Shown piece by piece: positions 1-13,899 of a DNA stretch of 64,000 nt. The DNA comes from Chiloscyllium plagiosum. Lineage: Eukaryota. The translations under genes were made by a program, and so were the position numbers. How positions within the stretch are numbered: the first letter of the stretch is position 1; each line of letters begins with the position of its first letter. Under the pieces are notes generated by a model. The model saw nothing but the letters and a program-made list of their open reading frames with translations, did not search any database and had not been told where the DNA came from. The stretch covers positions 91,065,978-91,129,977 of the forward strand of contig NC_057719.1 of assembly GCF_004010195.1 (NCBI RefSeq). Direction: 5' to 3'.

Positions 1-150
1 CCCACCCCCACCCTCCTCTAGCTTATCTCTCCACGCTTCAGGCTCTCTGCCTTTATTCCTGATGAGGGGCTTTTGCCCGAAACGTTGACTTTACTGCTCC
101 TTGGATGCTGCCTGAACTGCTGTGCTCTTCCAGCACCACTAATCCAGAAA
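1..150 (+). mobile_element. Penelope-like pseudo-LTR 3' end with minimal hammerhead motif
   Basis: CTGATGAG-GGGC-TTTT-GCCC-GAAACGT at ~59-85, followed by the gatgctgcctga...ttccagcacca tail shared with many copies in the window. Confidence 0.8.
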
Positions 151-179
151 TAAATTCTAAAGTCGTGCCACTGTTTTCA

Positions 180-2560
180 ATGGGAATCTAGAAAACATGG
201 AAAAGATTTCCTGTCAAATTGAAAATCAAGATTGAGAATTAAATAAATGTTTCAGGGATACATCAATGCATTATGCAATCAGACCATAGTTCAAGTCAGA
301 ATTAGAGAGGAGTTGTTGGATCCATAAATGTGAGCAATTGGGCCACACTATCATACCAGCACTGAAGAAAAAAATCACTGCAGATGTGCATTGATCTAAG
401 ACCTGGTACTGTGTTTTGAGCAGTATCCTTTGCCTTTAATCGATGACCTATTTTACGGACTAGCTGGAGGTCAGCTTTTCAATAATATTGTCTTAGTCAA
501 ACCTATCACCAGATAAATATAAATCCTGAGTCTCAAAAATACTTGACTGTTGGAGCATTTAAATTGCTGTTCAAATACAAGATATTTCCATTTAGAATCA
601 CATCTGCACCTACATTATTCCAATACAGCGTAGATCATATTTTAAGTGGATTGGAAGGAGTCCAGTGTCACCTAAATGATACTTTAGTCAAGGGGAGAAA
701 CAAAAAAGGTTATCTCCACAATTTAGAAGCTGTTTTGCAGAGGATTGGAAGATTATGGCTGAAGAGGGAGGAAAGGTTTTTTTTAAATACACTTTCCATT
801 GAACATTAACACCATGTCATTGATATTAGACAATACAAATCATCTTCAAGAGTAAAAAATTATAACTGTGAGGCAGTAGCACCTAAACATGTAAAGCAAT
901 TACTCATCTTTGGGTTGTTAAATTACTATGGTAGGTTTGTCCCAAATCTTGCAAATATTCTCAGGCCAATGAACAATTTATTACACCAAACAGAAATTGG
1001 AAATGGGAAAATTAATATGAAAGAGTCTTTAACAGATCAAAAATGTCTTAATAAAGTCAAAAGCACCGACCACTGGAACTTGAATGTGATGCATCACTGC
1101 ATGGAGTTGGATAAGTCATTTCTCACATATTCCCCAATGGTAAAAAGAAACCAATATTTTGCATCAAGATTGTGAAACAAATCAGAAAGACCTATGCACA
1201 GATAGAGAAAAACGCTGTAGGAATTATTTATGGTATTAAAACAGTCTACAAAACCTATGTGGCCAAGAATTTATCCTACTAATAGGCCACACATTTCAGC
1301 TTCAAACAGGGATACCTTATCTAGGAATGAAATGTATAACAGGTGGGCATTGTTGTTATCAGCTCACACTTATGTATTAAGTACTGGTAATCTAACTTAC
1401 ATAGGAATACCGATGGGCTCTCTCGATTATCTTTGCCGTATAAGTCGATTACAAATAAGTCTTAAGTAGATTTTTTTTCTACTCAAACAAAAATATTCCA
1501 GCAGAACAAGTTGAAAAGTACACTAGAAATGATGCACTGCTCTCAAAAGTGACTGACATGGTACTTTGTGGCAAGATCACAGGAACAACCCAGAAGTGAA
1601 GCCATACCTTACATAGAAGTTAGCATTATCCATACATGCAAAATGTCTCGTATGGGGAAATGAGGGTCATTGTTACACCATAGTGAAGGAAATGTGTATT
1701 AAATTAAATTCATGATGGTCTCTGTGGCATTGTCAGAATGAAGGAGATAACCAGAAGTTACTTTTGGTGGCCAGTGTTTGACTCAGAAATTGAGGAGAAG
1801 ATGGGAATACATGCTGCTTGCACAAGAATTCACAACCTAACTCCAGTTAGTGCCATTACATCCACGGAAATGGTAACGAAGGCCATGGCATATTGACTAT
1901 GCTGGACCTTTTAAAGGCTGAACTTTCCTCATAATGATTGAGGCATACACTAAATGGCTTAAAGTTGCCATCACAGAAACAACATCTTCAGAGAAAATAA
2001 TTGAAAGATTGGGGAAGATGTTTGACGGGTTTTGAATATTTGGAATAACTTGTTAGTCATAATGGTCCATAGCTTATATGAATTATCTAAAGCAAAACGG
2101 AACTCATCATATCTGATTAGCTTCTTATTACTCAGCCAGAAGTGGTTTGATAGAAGGTTTATTCAGACAATAAACAATCCGTAAGGATAACTCAAGATCA
2201 AGGATCACTATGCAAAAGATGGAAACAATTTTTATTAATCCAGTAGAACACGACCCACTCAACAACTCAAAGTTCTTCAGCATTGCTCATGGTAAAACGC
2301 CATTTGATTTGTTGACACCACAAAATACATTGTTGACAGGAAACAACACACTTAGGTTTTCCAACAAGATAACAAGGCCAAATGCCACATTTTGCAAAAC
2401 AGTCAAGATGTGTTGGTGACAAATTACACCACTGGTGAGAAGTGGGTCATTGTGACACAGATTGAACCAGTTCCCTATATTATACAACAAGATGATGTAG
2501 TACGGAGAAGATCTGCAGAGCAACTCTTTGCAACCAGAACAAATGTGTAAGGGACTTCAT
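180..2560 (+). mobile_element. Highly decayed Ty3/gypsy (Mag-like) pol relic, order RT-RNaseH-IN
   Basis: Fragments ITSAPTLFQ...ILSGLEGVQCHLND (RT), LNYYGRFVPNLA, RWALLLSAHTY (RNase H end), and integrase remnants at ~1700-2330. Many stops and frameshifts. Confidence 0.85.
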
Positions 2561-2669
2561 TAGTTGAAGATCCACAAATAACTATGACAAAGAGATACCT
2601 GGATATACTCAAGGACAGAACAATAACTGTAGCATGAGGGAGACAGTAACGTAGTGGACAATATCATGA

Positions 2670-3252
2670 CTGAAAATGTGTTGCTGGAAAAGCGCAGCAG
2701 GTCAGGCAGCATCCAAGGAGCAGGAGAATCGACGTTTCGAAATGGGAGGGGGAGTTGAAGTGTTGAGCCACGGGGTGGTTGGGTTGGTTGGTCCAGGTGT
2801 CCCAGAGGTGTTCTCTGAAACGTTCCTCAAGTAGGCGGCCTGTCTCCCCAATATAGAGGAGGCCACATCGGGTGCAGCGGATGCAGTAAATGATGTGTGT
2901 AGAGGTGCAGGTGAATTTGTGGCGGATATGGAAGGATCCCTTGGGGCCTTGGAGGGAAGTAAGGGGGGAAGGTGTGGCCGCAAGTTTTGCATTTCTTGCG
3001 GTTGCAGGGGAAGGTGCTGGGNNNNNNNNNNNNNNNNNNNNNNNNNNNNNNNNNNCCACGTCCCTCCCCCAAGTCCCTCCTCCCTACCTTTTATCTTAGC
3101 CTGCTGGACACACTTTCTTCATTCCTGAAGAAGGGCTCATGCCCAAAACGTCGATTCTCCTGCTCCTTGGATGCTGCCTGACCTGCTGTGCTTTTCCAGC
3201 AACACATTTTCAGCTCTGATCTCCAGCATCTGCAGCTCTCACTTTCTCCTCG
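2670..3252. mobile_element. Neptune-type Penelope-like insertion with inverted pLTR and GIY-YIG fragment
   Basis: Minus-strand FPCNRKKCKTC linker and HIIYCIRCTRCGLLYIGETGR (GIY-YIG). pLTR copies are in inverted orientation, with TSD AATATCATGA at 2660-2669 and 3253-3262. An N-gap lies at 3022-3055. Confidence 0.88.
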
Positions 3253-5099
3253 AATATCATGATGTCATCTGAATCTCTGAGCATTCAGTTTTTGGAGGAA
3301 ATGACAACCAGTGATATTCCTAGTACACTTTAAACACCAAAGGTTAAAACTAATGAGAAAAATAAACAGATGCCTGATGTGTGCTGACAGCCATATAGGA
3401 ATTGATGTCCTCCAGAATATCAGACAGTTGCATGTATGATTACAAATATTGTGAATGTTTTCATTGCAGGAACCTCTCAATGTAAAGAACAGGAATGTGT
3501 ATGAGTAAGTATGATGGACTGCTACTTTAAGAGTCTAATCATGTAACACAATGATGATGTCATCAGTCACTTTGGGAAAATAGTTCCCTCTAACCTGTAG
3601 TGTGAACACCTTCATAATAAAATTCCTGCTGCTTATCACTTCAGCCTCCTGGTCCTTCATGGAACTGAACAGTGATGCCTCTACTGATCTGCTGTCCTTG
3701 TTCTTCCATTCTTTCTTTTGATAGTGGTCATGGGTTTGAAAGGTGCTATTGATGGAGGTTTCCTGAGGTGCTCCTGTAGAAATATCCAGGAGCTGAGGCA
3801 ATAATGGATAAACATGAATATGAGGTAATCAGATCAGGCATAATCTTATTAAATGGCAGGGTAGGCCTGATTACCTATTTCTGCTACAAATGTGTATGCT
3901 CACATGACTTTCAACAGCCTTTGATCCAAGTATGACTCCAGCCGGGGGAGATATCACCTCTTCCCATCCTACATTACTTCAGTTTTTGCAGGGCTTCTGA
4001 CATCAAACAAATGACATTGATTATTATATTCACTTCACATGAAAGAAAATCCAGACTTCTGGGTTTCCAGCTTTGATCTCTGCAAACCTGGGGAGTAAAG
4101 TAATAGAAAGTGATCGTCTGGTTGGACAAAGCATGACAGTGTTCATAATGGTTAAGTGATCTATTTGATGATCTCAACTTCATAAAACACCCTAAGTTTG
4201 AAGCAAATAGGAGGCCAAACAATTAATGGGAATGGCACCAGGTTTACAACATGTCACTGAGGAGTAACTACACTATGTTTGACACCAGTCAGAGTATAAA
4301 CGCCTGGAAAAAGCCATCTTCCTAATAAAACACAGAAATCTAAAGTGAAATTGTGGAATTCAAAAAAAGCACAATTAAAAATCTCTGAAGTACTTAATTC
4401 CTTATAAAAATAAACATTGGTATTCATAATGCAATAGCAAAGACACTTAATTCTGTAATAAATGATTTGAGGTGTCATTCAAATAGTAACTTACAAACCA
4501 TCCCATGCCCCCAATCCTGCTCCAACTGCTATATTAAATCTTAATTGCATTCCAATATTATAATTGCAGCATTTAGAGTTATGACAATAAACAACTATTG
4601 AAACTGCATGACGTCAACAGATCTTTTCAACTCTGACAGAGGCAGGCATTCTTTTCCAATTTTTACATTGCTGACTATTTAAATTCTGTCATAAAAATCT
4701 TATCTGCTCTTCAAGAATATTCACATCAACACTAAAAATTCATAACTCTAACATTGTGGGAGTGGAGGATGTGCAGCAGTCAGCCTTGCGATGAAGCATA
4801 TTGAGAGGAATTTGGCATAAAAACAGTGTCGGAGAGTGGTGGACTTAATACACATCAGCACATTACAAGAACAATCAGTTTGGTACGAAACTGTGCAACA
4901 CCACCAACGAGTGTCGTGCCGAGCAGTGCAGGTGGACAGTGGTGAACACAGTGCAAAGCTGTGCAAGTGGAGAAATGTGAACTGAGACAGTGCTTGATAG
5001 GACGCATCTTTGAATAGTTGCAAATTAGAAAGCATTGGAGTAGGTCTTTCTACCTTTTTGAAACCGTGATCCATCACACCCCTCATGTAAAGTCCTTAT

Positions 5100-5294
5100 A
5101 AACTCCTAATTGCCTCCAACTGCTACACCAACTGATCTGTTCACAACCAAACACACTTCCTGCAGACAGTCTCCTGGAACATTCAAATTCTCCCTGATCT
5201 CCCACATCAGACAGAAAGAGCACATCACCCTACTAAAAGCCATTCCTGCCCCTTTAAAAGTCTGCAGACCCTTTAAAAAAAACACTTTGCTCAA
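5100..5294 (-). mobile_element. CR1 LINE ORF1 N-terminal (Cys-rich) fragment
   Basis: MAFSRVMCSFCLMWEIRENLNVPGD resembles the CxxC..WE..VP.D start of CR1 ORF1. Confidence 0.6.
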
Positions 5295-5899
5295 AAACGC
5301 AGTGTTAGCACATTCTACTACTTGTAAACATTGCTTTGCATTAATTTAATACCAATCATTAATGCTAAAGGTCAATCAAGAGAAAGATCATAGAATGAAC
5401 ATAAGAGGCAAAAAGAAAAGCCCTCACACCTTACTCACTGTTATAGATTTTTTAAAAAGTTAAGATTTACGAGTTTTAAAATCATATACTTAGCTAATCA
5501 GGTCTTCCTCCTGTAGTTTCAGGCAGTGATATTTTTTCATTCATACCTCTGCAGCTGCATTAAAGCTATGAAATTGCATTGTTTGTTATTTCAGTGAAAC
5601 CCCATTTCCAGAGCCCTTGTGCAAATTCTCAGTCTGACAGCTGCAAAACTACACTTGGTACCTGCTTCATAAAAAGGCAACCTCCAAGCGAAGGATTGAT
5701 ATTTCAAGCTGAATTTAGGGAGTTAGGCTATAAGTTAAAATGTAGGATCTGAAAGGTAGTAATCTCAGAATTACAACCAATGCTATGAGCTAGCAAGTGC
5801 AGAAAAATATGACATTTTGTTGAAAACGTAATTGAAGAAATGGTGTGGATGGCGGAATTCAGATGCCAGGGACATTGGGATCATTTATGGAGAAGATGG

Positions 5900-6595
5900 G
5901 CTGAAAAATGTGTTGCTGGAAAAGCGCAGCAGGTCAGGCAGCAACCAAAGAGCAGGAGAATCGATCCGAGGGTTGGGACTGAGATAAGGTGGGGGGAGGG
6001 GAAATGAGGGAGCCGGAGAAATCTGCATTCATCTCTTGTGATTGGAGGGTTCCTAGATTGGAGGATCCCTTGGGTCCACACCCCACACCAACCTAACCTC
6101 CACTCCCGGCACCTTCCCCGCAACCGCAAGAAATGCAAATCTTCAATGGTACAGTCATCAATGTACCAGAGGAAAAGGCGGGGAATGGTGTCAGTCTAAC
6201 TGTGGAAGGTGGACTGTTCCATGTAAGCAACAAAGAGACAGGCACAGCTGGGGCCCATGCTGATGCCCATGGCTAACCCTTTCATCTGGAGGAAGTGGGA
6301 GGATTCAAAGGAGTAATAATTGAGGGTGAGGAACAGTTCAGCTAAACAAATGAGAGTGGTTTCAGTGGAGGGGTACTGGTGGGGATGTCGGGAGAGAAGA
6401 AGTGGAGAGCTTGGAGGCCCTCTCATAGCAGATAAAGATGTATAGGGACTGGATATCTATGGTGAATATGTGGCATTAAGGACCAAGGAAACTAGTGTCT
6501 TGGAGGAGGTGAAGAGCGTGGGTGATGTCCTGAAAACATATAGGGAGTTCCTGGACCAGGGGGATAGGGCAGTATCAAGGTATGTAGAGATAAAC
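5900..6595 (-). mobile_element. Rearranged Penelope-like fragments (pLTR, linker, RT)
   Basis: HFLQMKGLAMGISMGPSCACLFVAYMEQS is a PLE RT motif; a pLTR copy lies at ~5900-5965. Confidence 0.8.
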
Positions 6596-7249
6596 ATGGC
6601 ACACTCATTCGTTTGGCAGAACTGTTCCTCTTTTCAACTTTTCAAACCAATACACTGAAGAACCAACTGAAGCGCAGGTTGTGCTAGAGTATGTATTATC
6701 TAATTAGAAAGAATTAGATCACAATCTTGTATGGGGTCTGATGGAAAAGAGCAAGTGTAAAATAATAGAATTGTTCATTAAGATGGTGCATAAAGTAGTT
6801 GAATTCAAATGTAGTGTTGAATCTAAACAAAGGAAACTATGAGGGTGTGAGCCATGATGCTTTAAGAAATCTTACTAAAAGAATTGGCAATGGACAGGAA
6901 ATGGCTAATATTTAACTAACATGAATTAAAACAATCATTTATTTCCATCCAGCATAAAAATAAAACAGATAAGTTGGCTCAATCACAGCTTACAAAATAA
7001 AGATAGTATGAGATCCGATGAGGAGACACAGAAAATTGCCAGAAAAAAGTAGCAAGCCTGAGGCCTGTGAGCAGTTCAGAATTCTGCAAAAGACGACAAA
7101 AAGATTCATCAAGAGAAGGGAAATTGAATATTAAGCTCAAAGTGCAGGCAAAATAAAAAATGATTGTAAAAAGTTCTATCAACATGTGAAGAGAAAATGA
7201 TAGTGAAGAGAAATATAGGTTTGTTAACACTCAGAAATGGGACAAATTG

Positions 7250-7590
7250 TAGGGAGGAGATGGCCTAGTTTTATCACTGGATTATTAATCCAGAGACACA
7301 GGTAATGTTCTGGAAATGGGGGTTTGAATCCTGCCATGGCAGGTGGTGGAATTTGGATTCAATAAAATAGTTCAGAAATGAAATGAAGGGTCTAACGATG
7401 ACCATGAATCCATTGTTGATTGTCGGGAAAATCTATCTAGTTCACACATGTCCTTTAGGGAAGGAAACTGTGATCCTTACCTGGTTTGGCTTAAATGTGA
7501 CTCCAGACCCCAGCAATGTGGCTGATTCTTAATTAGACATGGACAATAAATGCTAGCCTAGCCAGCAACAAACTCATTCCATGAACGGAT
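7250..7590 (+). mobile_element. tRNA-headed SINE, family uncertain
   Basis: A/B-box-like head (tggcctagt...ggtttgaatcc) and body gtcctttagggaaggaaac...gtgactccagacc typical of fish/shark interspersed repeats. Confidence 0.65.
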
Positions 7591-7774
7591 TTTTAGAAAT
7601 GGGGAACAGAGAATTGGCCAAATTGAACACATATTTTGTTTCTGTCTTCATAAAAGAGGACATAAATACTTTTCCGGAGTTATTAATAAGAGAACCAGGG
7701 GTCTAGTGAGGAGGAGGAATTGAAGAAAATTAATTTTAAGAAAAAATGATTGTGAAGAAATTGATGTGGTTTTT

Positions 7775-8057
7775 AGATTAGATTCCCTAGAGTGTGGAAA
7801 TACGCCCTTCGACCCAACCAGTCTACACTGACCCTCCGAAGAGTAACCAACCCAGACCCATTTCCCTCTGACTAATGCACCTAACACTGTGGGACAATTT
7901 AGTGTGGCCAATTCACCTGACCTGCACAACTTTGGACTGTGGGAGGAAACTGGAGCACTCGGAGGAAATCCACGCAGACACGAGGAGAATGTGCAAACTC
8001 CACACAGACAGTCGCCCGAGGCTGGAATTGAACCTGGGACCCTGACACTGTGAGGCA
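7775..8057 (-). mobile_element. HE1-type V-SINE
   Basis: The reverse complement contains the tRNA B-box ggttcaattcc and the V-domain gtggagtttgcacattctcc..gtgtctgcgtgg..tcctcc..gtgctcc.gtttcctcccaca. Confidence 0.85.
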
Positions 8058-9195
8058 ATTCCTCCGCCTCCGCTGCATCTGCCCCCAGGAGCATCAATTC
8101 CATTACAGAACATTCCAGATGGCCTCTTCTTCAAAGACTGCAATTTCCCCTCCCATGTGGTCAATGATGGCCTCCAGAGCATCACTTCCACTTCCTGCAC
8201 CACTGCCCTTGAACCCACCCCTCCAACCGCAACAAGGACAAAACCTTCCTGGTCCTCACCTTCTACCCACCAACCCCCCAATACATCACATTTTTAACTC
8301 CCCCTCCCACTCCACCAAGGATAAGTCAGTCATTGGCTTCCTTCACTGCCAAACTCTAGCCATCCCCCCCCACCCCCAACCAGGGATATATCTCCCTCTC
8401 CAACCCTATCTGTGTTCTCGAGAGATCATTCCGTCCGCGACTCCCTTGTTAGGTCCACGCCAACCATCAACCCACCATCCTCTCCCTGCACCTTCCCCTG
8501 CCACCACAAGTAGTGCGCCCACACTTTCCCCCTCACCTTCATCCAAGGTCCCAAAGGATCCTTCCACATTGACAAAGATTTACCTGAACTCCCACACACA
8601 TTATCTACTGTCTCCATTGTTCTCGATGTGGTCTCCTCTACATTGGGGAGACAGGACACCAACTTTATGGAATGCTTCAGAGAACATCACTGGATCACAT
8701 ACACTAAACAACCCCACCACCCCATGGCTGAATACTTTAACTCCCCCTCCCACTCCACCAAGGATAAGTCAGTCATGGGCTTCCTTCACTGCCAAACTCT
8801 AGCCATCCGACAACTGGGGGAAGAACGCCTCGTCTTCCACCTTGGGACCCTCCAATTACACGGCATCAATGTGGATTTCACCAGTTTCCTCATTTCCCCT
8901 CTTCCTGCCTTATCCCAGATCCAACCTTCTAACTTGGCATTGCCCTCTTCAACTGTCCTACCTACCCATCTTCCTTCCCACCCATCCGCTCTACCCTCCT
9001 CTCCGACCTATCACCTTCACCCCACCTTCATCTACCTATTGCATTCTCATCTACCTTCCACCCATTCCCACCCCCCCTCCCATTTATCTCTCAGCCCCGT
9101 TGGGGCCACCCCTTCATTCCTGATTAAGAGCTTATACTTAAAATGTTGACTCTCCTACTCTCGACCAGCTGTGCTTTTCCAGCACCACACTATTT
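8058..9195 (+). mobile_element. Neptune-type Penelope-like 3' fragment (RT thumb, linker, GIY-YIG, pLTR)
   Basis: QFLRLRCICPQE, ECFREH...HPMAEYFNSPSHS...LGTLQLHGINVDF, then a pLTR tail. Confidence 0.85.
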
Positions 9196-10008
9196 TACCC
9201 TTAAGGTCAATCTAAACAAGTTGAATGAATGGGCAAATACATGGCAGATGCAGTATAATGTCGATAATGTTGAAGTTGTACACATTAGCATGAAAAACAA
9301 AGAAAATATTATTTAATTAGTGACATATTGAGGAGTGTAAATATACAAAGGAATCTGGCTATCCCTGTCCACCAGCCGATTAAAGTAGACAGGCAGGTGC
9401 AGCAAGTAGGGAGGCAAATGGTATGTTGATTTTCATTAAAAGAGATTGAGTTCAGAAGAAACAGTGTCTTAATGCAGTTATAGAAGGTTTTGTGAGACTG
9501 CACCTGGAGTACTGTGTACAGTTTGAGGCTCCCTTCCCAAGATAGTTGACATAAGAGGGAGTGCAACAAAATGTATACTAAGCAGATACTGGGGATGAAG
9601 GACTATCCTATGAGGACAGATTGGTTCAACTAGGCTTATACTCACTAGAGTTTAAAAGAATGAAGTGGGATTTGATTGAAATATACAAAATTCTAACAAG
9701 CCTCGACAAGATGCAGCAAGGATGGCTCCTCTGGGATTGGGAAACTGACAATGTCTAGACCAGGGGTCAGAGTTTAAAAATATAGCGCAGGCCATTTAGA
9801 ACTGAGATGAGGAAACATTTCTTGATTGAGTGGTCAACCTGTGAAATTTGTGACCACGGAAGACTGTAGAGTCTGGATCGCTGAGTATAAAGAAAAGGAT
9901 TGACAAGTTTTTTAGATATTAAGTGTATCAAGGGGTACGGAGAGAATAACAGGTCAAACGAGAATGTAGACAATATACCTTTGAGATACAGGATCAACCA
10001 TAATCATA

Positions 10009-10184
10009 CGTAGGAGCAAATTGCTGTAAATGCTGGAGTCTGTACTGAACCCAATATGCTGGAGATCACAGTGGATCCGACAGCATCCATGGAGAGAGAG
10101 TATGCTAACATTTCAAGTCTAAACGACTCTTCGTCAGAGGTCTGAAGAAGAGTCATCTAGACTCGAAACACTAGTTTGCTTTCC
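10009..10184. mobile_element. Fold-back Penelope mini-element with two divergent hammerhead-like motifs
   Basis: TSD ACCATAATCATA at 9997-10008 and 10185-10196. CTGAAGAA-GAGTC-atcta-GACTC-GAAAC at 10142-10169 has an inverted counterpart at ~10105-10138. Confidence 0.8.
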
Positions 10185-12829
10185 ACCATAATCATATTGA
10201 ATGATGGAGCAAGGTCAAAAGGCTAGATGGCCTACTCCCGCTTCTACTGTCTGTGTTTCTATGTGAGGTATATTTTTGAAGTCACCCGATTCAGTTTCTG
10301 ACATGTGGAAGTCACTTCCCATCCCTAAATTACCACCTCCCCATTTCCAACCAGTTAAAGTGATTCATGCCAGAAACAAGTGAGAAACTTCCTGATGCAC
10401 AGTCTGTCCCACCATTTTGCTTGGCTATGGACTCTCCATAGATCTCCAAAATGCCAGGCCAGTTAAATTATTAGTAGAAAAGTCTGTCACAAACTAATAG
10501 GGAAAAGGGGAAATGAGAGATATCCAAACGTGGTTGCAGAAGAGAGCTCAGCAGAGCTCAATTAACCACCACAGAGACAATTACTAGTACCTTGGACAAA
10601 ATTTCTTGAGCCCCTATCGACGTCTTTACATTCCATTATTCCTCTGAACAATAAAGAAGGCAAGACATTGTCCAGGAGGTCAAACTATTCCTATTTGCTC
10701 ACTTACAGCAAACAAAATACAAAATTTGAAATACAACATGCTACACTCTTGCAGTCATAATGTCACAAATTGTTACAAGTCAGTTTTTAAAAATTACATT
10801 TGTATTGTGGACTGATATTAAAGACGGTCAAAAATGGTTTTCAAGGGTCACCCGAGCTTTTACATTCCAATGTTCATTGAGCTTCTAGAGGTTCCAAGTC
10901 TAGATTCCTGTGGAATTTTCACACATCACTGCAGCCATCTTTGTTATCCATCAAGACAAGACAGGACAAGCTACCACGAAAGAAGAGAATAAACAAGTCC
11001 ATCTAGATGACTGCTGTTACCAACCATGTTGTAAAAAGGCCACATCTGCAGTATTGTAGAAGAGAAACAAGGGACTACTTTCTCCCTTACCTCATTCCAT
11101 CTACAAGCTACGTGAGAAAAGAACCTCCAGCAGGTCAATTGTGGAAGCCATCGTAGCTGCTGAGATACATCTGCATAAAGTCTTCACCTCCATCAATTTG
11201 ATATCTCGAACCTCAAAACAACAGGCCTGCATGGAACCAATAGAAACTAAATGTGATTCAACTCTTACTAGTACTGGTTATGTTCTTATCTGTAATTATC
11301 TTTGTGCATGTGTGTGTGTGACAGAGAGAGGAGAGAGAGCGAGAGAGAATCAGACATATTTTCAAGAGCAAGATTATAAATAAGCTAACCTTTCATTTTT
11401 GGTACAAAAGGATGCGTTATTTAAAATAGTCTCACTCACTTCAAGGTTAAGAATTACACACATTCACATACAGATGTACTGATCACGGGAAACCTTGAGG
11501 AAACATCTTAAAACCGCCTGTGACAATGGACAGATTTAGGGGAAAAGAGTAATTAAAAGACAATAGCAAACATTGAATTTGAGGGGACAAGGATTGTGTT
11601 TCATTAAGTATACTCTAAAAATGTCCTGTTCTCTTTTACTTAATGCTGTGGCTGCTTCAGAGAATGCAAAACAGTTTAACCCATTAATCATTGTTACAAT
11701 GAATAAATTAGGATTTGAATTATTGTACTTTTGATTGGCATTAATGCTGTACAGGTATAAACAGGTCAAACAAGAATGTAGATACGCTATTTTTTGTTTG
11801 AGTTATGTTTTGGGATCCAAAGCCTGAGTTGACAATATCTGATGTTTTTTATGGGAACAGGGTACTGAGTTGGATGATCAGACATGATCACTATAAATAG
11901 CAAAACAGGCATGATGGACTGAATGGCCTACTCCTGCCCTAGTTTCTATTTTTCTACGAGTAAATTATTAAAATTGCTTATCCAATGGGAGCATGTTAGA
12001 AAACTAGCCCCATAAATAACCATGCACAAACTACTGCCAGCATGCAACTTGGAATTATCACATATTTGTCAATTTTGAATTATTCAAGCTATAACAAGAA
12101 AAATATTTGAGGGAACATGAGGAAATGTAAATATGTCACAATAGTGAGAGAGCAGTTACAAGTTTTGGCGATCCAATTCCACTATTTCTGAGATTATATC
12201 CATACTGTGATGCACTAGCACGTTTTCCAAGTCTGAATAAATCCAGCTGATAATTTCTCACGATTATCTCTGTAATCATTGGGGTTCTTGGGAATGGAGA
12301 ACTAATACTGGATTGAAATCGGGCTTAAGCTGAATGTTTTGAAACAATACATGGAACTAAAAGATCACATTACTGACAATGACTTTACGAACCGTTAAAA
12401 GGTCATGGGTATAAAATATCCAGAAATTGCTGCAGAGGCTTAGCAGGTTTGGCAGCAGCTGTTCAGTTCCAAAACAGTTCTGAGGAAAGGTCATTGGACC
12501 CAAAAAATTAACTCTGATCTTGCTTCACAGATGCTGCCAGACCTGCTGAGCTTTTCCAGTAATTTCTGTTTTGTTTCTGACAGTTCTTTCAGTTTTTAAA
12601 TAAATGTCCAGACTGGTTTTCAAATTTACATTACTATTTTCTTGAATTTAGTCTTTATCCTAACACACATGGGTGCAAAGAAACTGCATCGTCTGATGGA
12701 GAAGCAGCTCTCCGAAAGCCCATGATCTCAACAAAACCTGTTGGACTATAATCTGGTGTTGTGTAACCTCTGACTTTGTTCACCCCAGTCCAACACTGGC
12801 ACCTCCACATCATGGTTACTATTAGCTGA

Positions 12830-13220
12830 GTGGTAGCACGCTGACATTTGAGTCACTTCAGAAACTTGAAAATCTGACACTGCAATGCAGCAATAAGAGG
12901 AGTTGTCTGAGGAGTTGCCTGTCAGATAAGGTCTTAAACGGAGCCCTGTCCAACTCACTCAGCTCAATGTAAAAGATCTAGGACACTCTTGGAGAGTGGT
13001 GAATTTCCCCCTAGTGGCCACATCGTTGTTCAGTCATCAACTAACATCAATAAAACAGATAAACTGGCTTTGATCGCAATGCTGTTTGTGGGAGGTTGCT
13101 GTGTGCAAAACAATTTTCACATTTCCAACATGACAACAGTGACTACACTTCAAAAGAACTTCATTAGCTATAAAACACTTTGTAACATTCTCTGGTTGTA
13201 CAATGAGCTATGCAAATACA
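12830..13220 (+). mobile_element. DeuSINE (SacSINE1-like) copy
   Basis: Degenerate Deu-domain (gtaaaagatct.ggacact) and 3' part (gctgtttgtggga...acaacagtgactacacttcaaaag). Confidence 0.6.
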
Positions 13221-13899
13221 CATTATTCTTTTTAAATAAACAGTAATTTTCCCATAATTGTATTCTTAAATATTATTCCAGTTCAAGATTAGTAGATTTA
13301 AAATAGGAACAGTTTTTGATATAACCCATACCTAGCTGAGAGCATAGTAAATGATGTAGACCATTCAGCCTCACATTTACCCACATCTGGATTAAAGGTA
13401 GGAATTCACATCTCCCGTACTCTTACCTAATAAATGTCCATTAATCCCAGTCTTGAAACATTTCACCAAACTTCCAATAGCCTGCATGTCGAAAGTGCTT
13501 CCCGATTTCACTGCTGAAAGGATTAGACCTGAATCTTAAGTTTATGTTTTGCCTGAATTGCCTCACCAGAAGAAACAGCATCTTTACACGCATCCTATTC
13601 AATCCATTTATAATTTGACTCCTGAAAAGTGAACATGAGAGGTTTCAGAATTCTGGTCAGCTATCAATTACCCCATATCTTACATTGTACTGTGAATAAT
13701 GATCAAGGGGCATGTGGACAACTACAATTTGTAGTAAAGGTTTAGTCACTAAGCTTAAGAGAAATGTTTAGTTTGTACCTGAAATCATTTTATTTATTTG
13801 GAAGATGAAACATACTAAATAAGCACGCTAACTCAATTTCTAAAAAACTGTAGATGAAGTAAGAATGAATTGTATCATTGGGATCAAATAAAAGACAAA

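Larger units (their letters stand above)
6800..10010 (+). mobile_element. Old CR1 LINE remnants interrupted by SINEs and a Penelope fragment
   Basis: CR1 ORF2 C-terminal nucleotide motifs at 9200-9950 (tggcagatgcagtataatg, cacctggagtactgtgtacagtt). Weaker pieces lie at 6800-7250 and 7600-7770. Confidence 0.7.

Noticed and set aside
3022..3055. N-gap at the Penelope inversion junction (second gap at 39549-39581) as evidence of misjoin
   Set aside because: The 10-bp TSD on both sides of the 2670-3252 element supports the arrangement. The gaps sit next to G-rich low-complexity sequence, and the exact junction is unreadable.
3490..3650. Possible 3' LTR of the first gypsy relic
   Set aside because: A purine tract followed by TG and an AATAAA are present, but no partner LTR is in the window to confirm it.
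4748..5086. 112-aa Cys-rich ORF
   Set aside because: No recognisable domain in any frame and no convincing splice sites. The identity of this stretch is unresolved.
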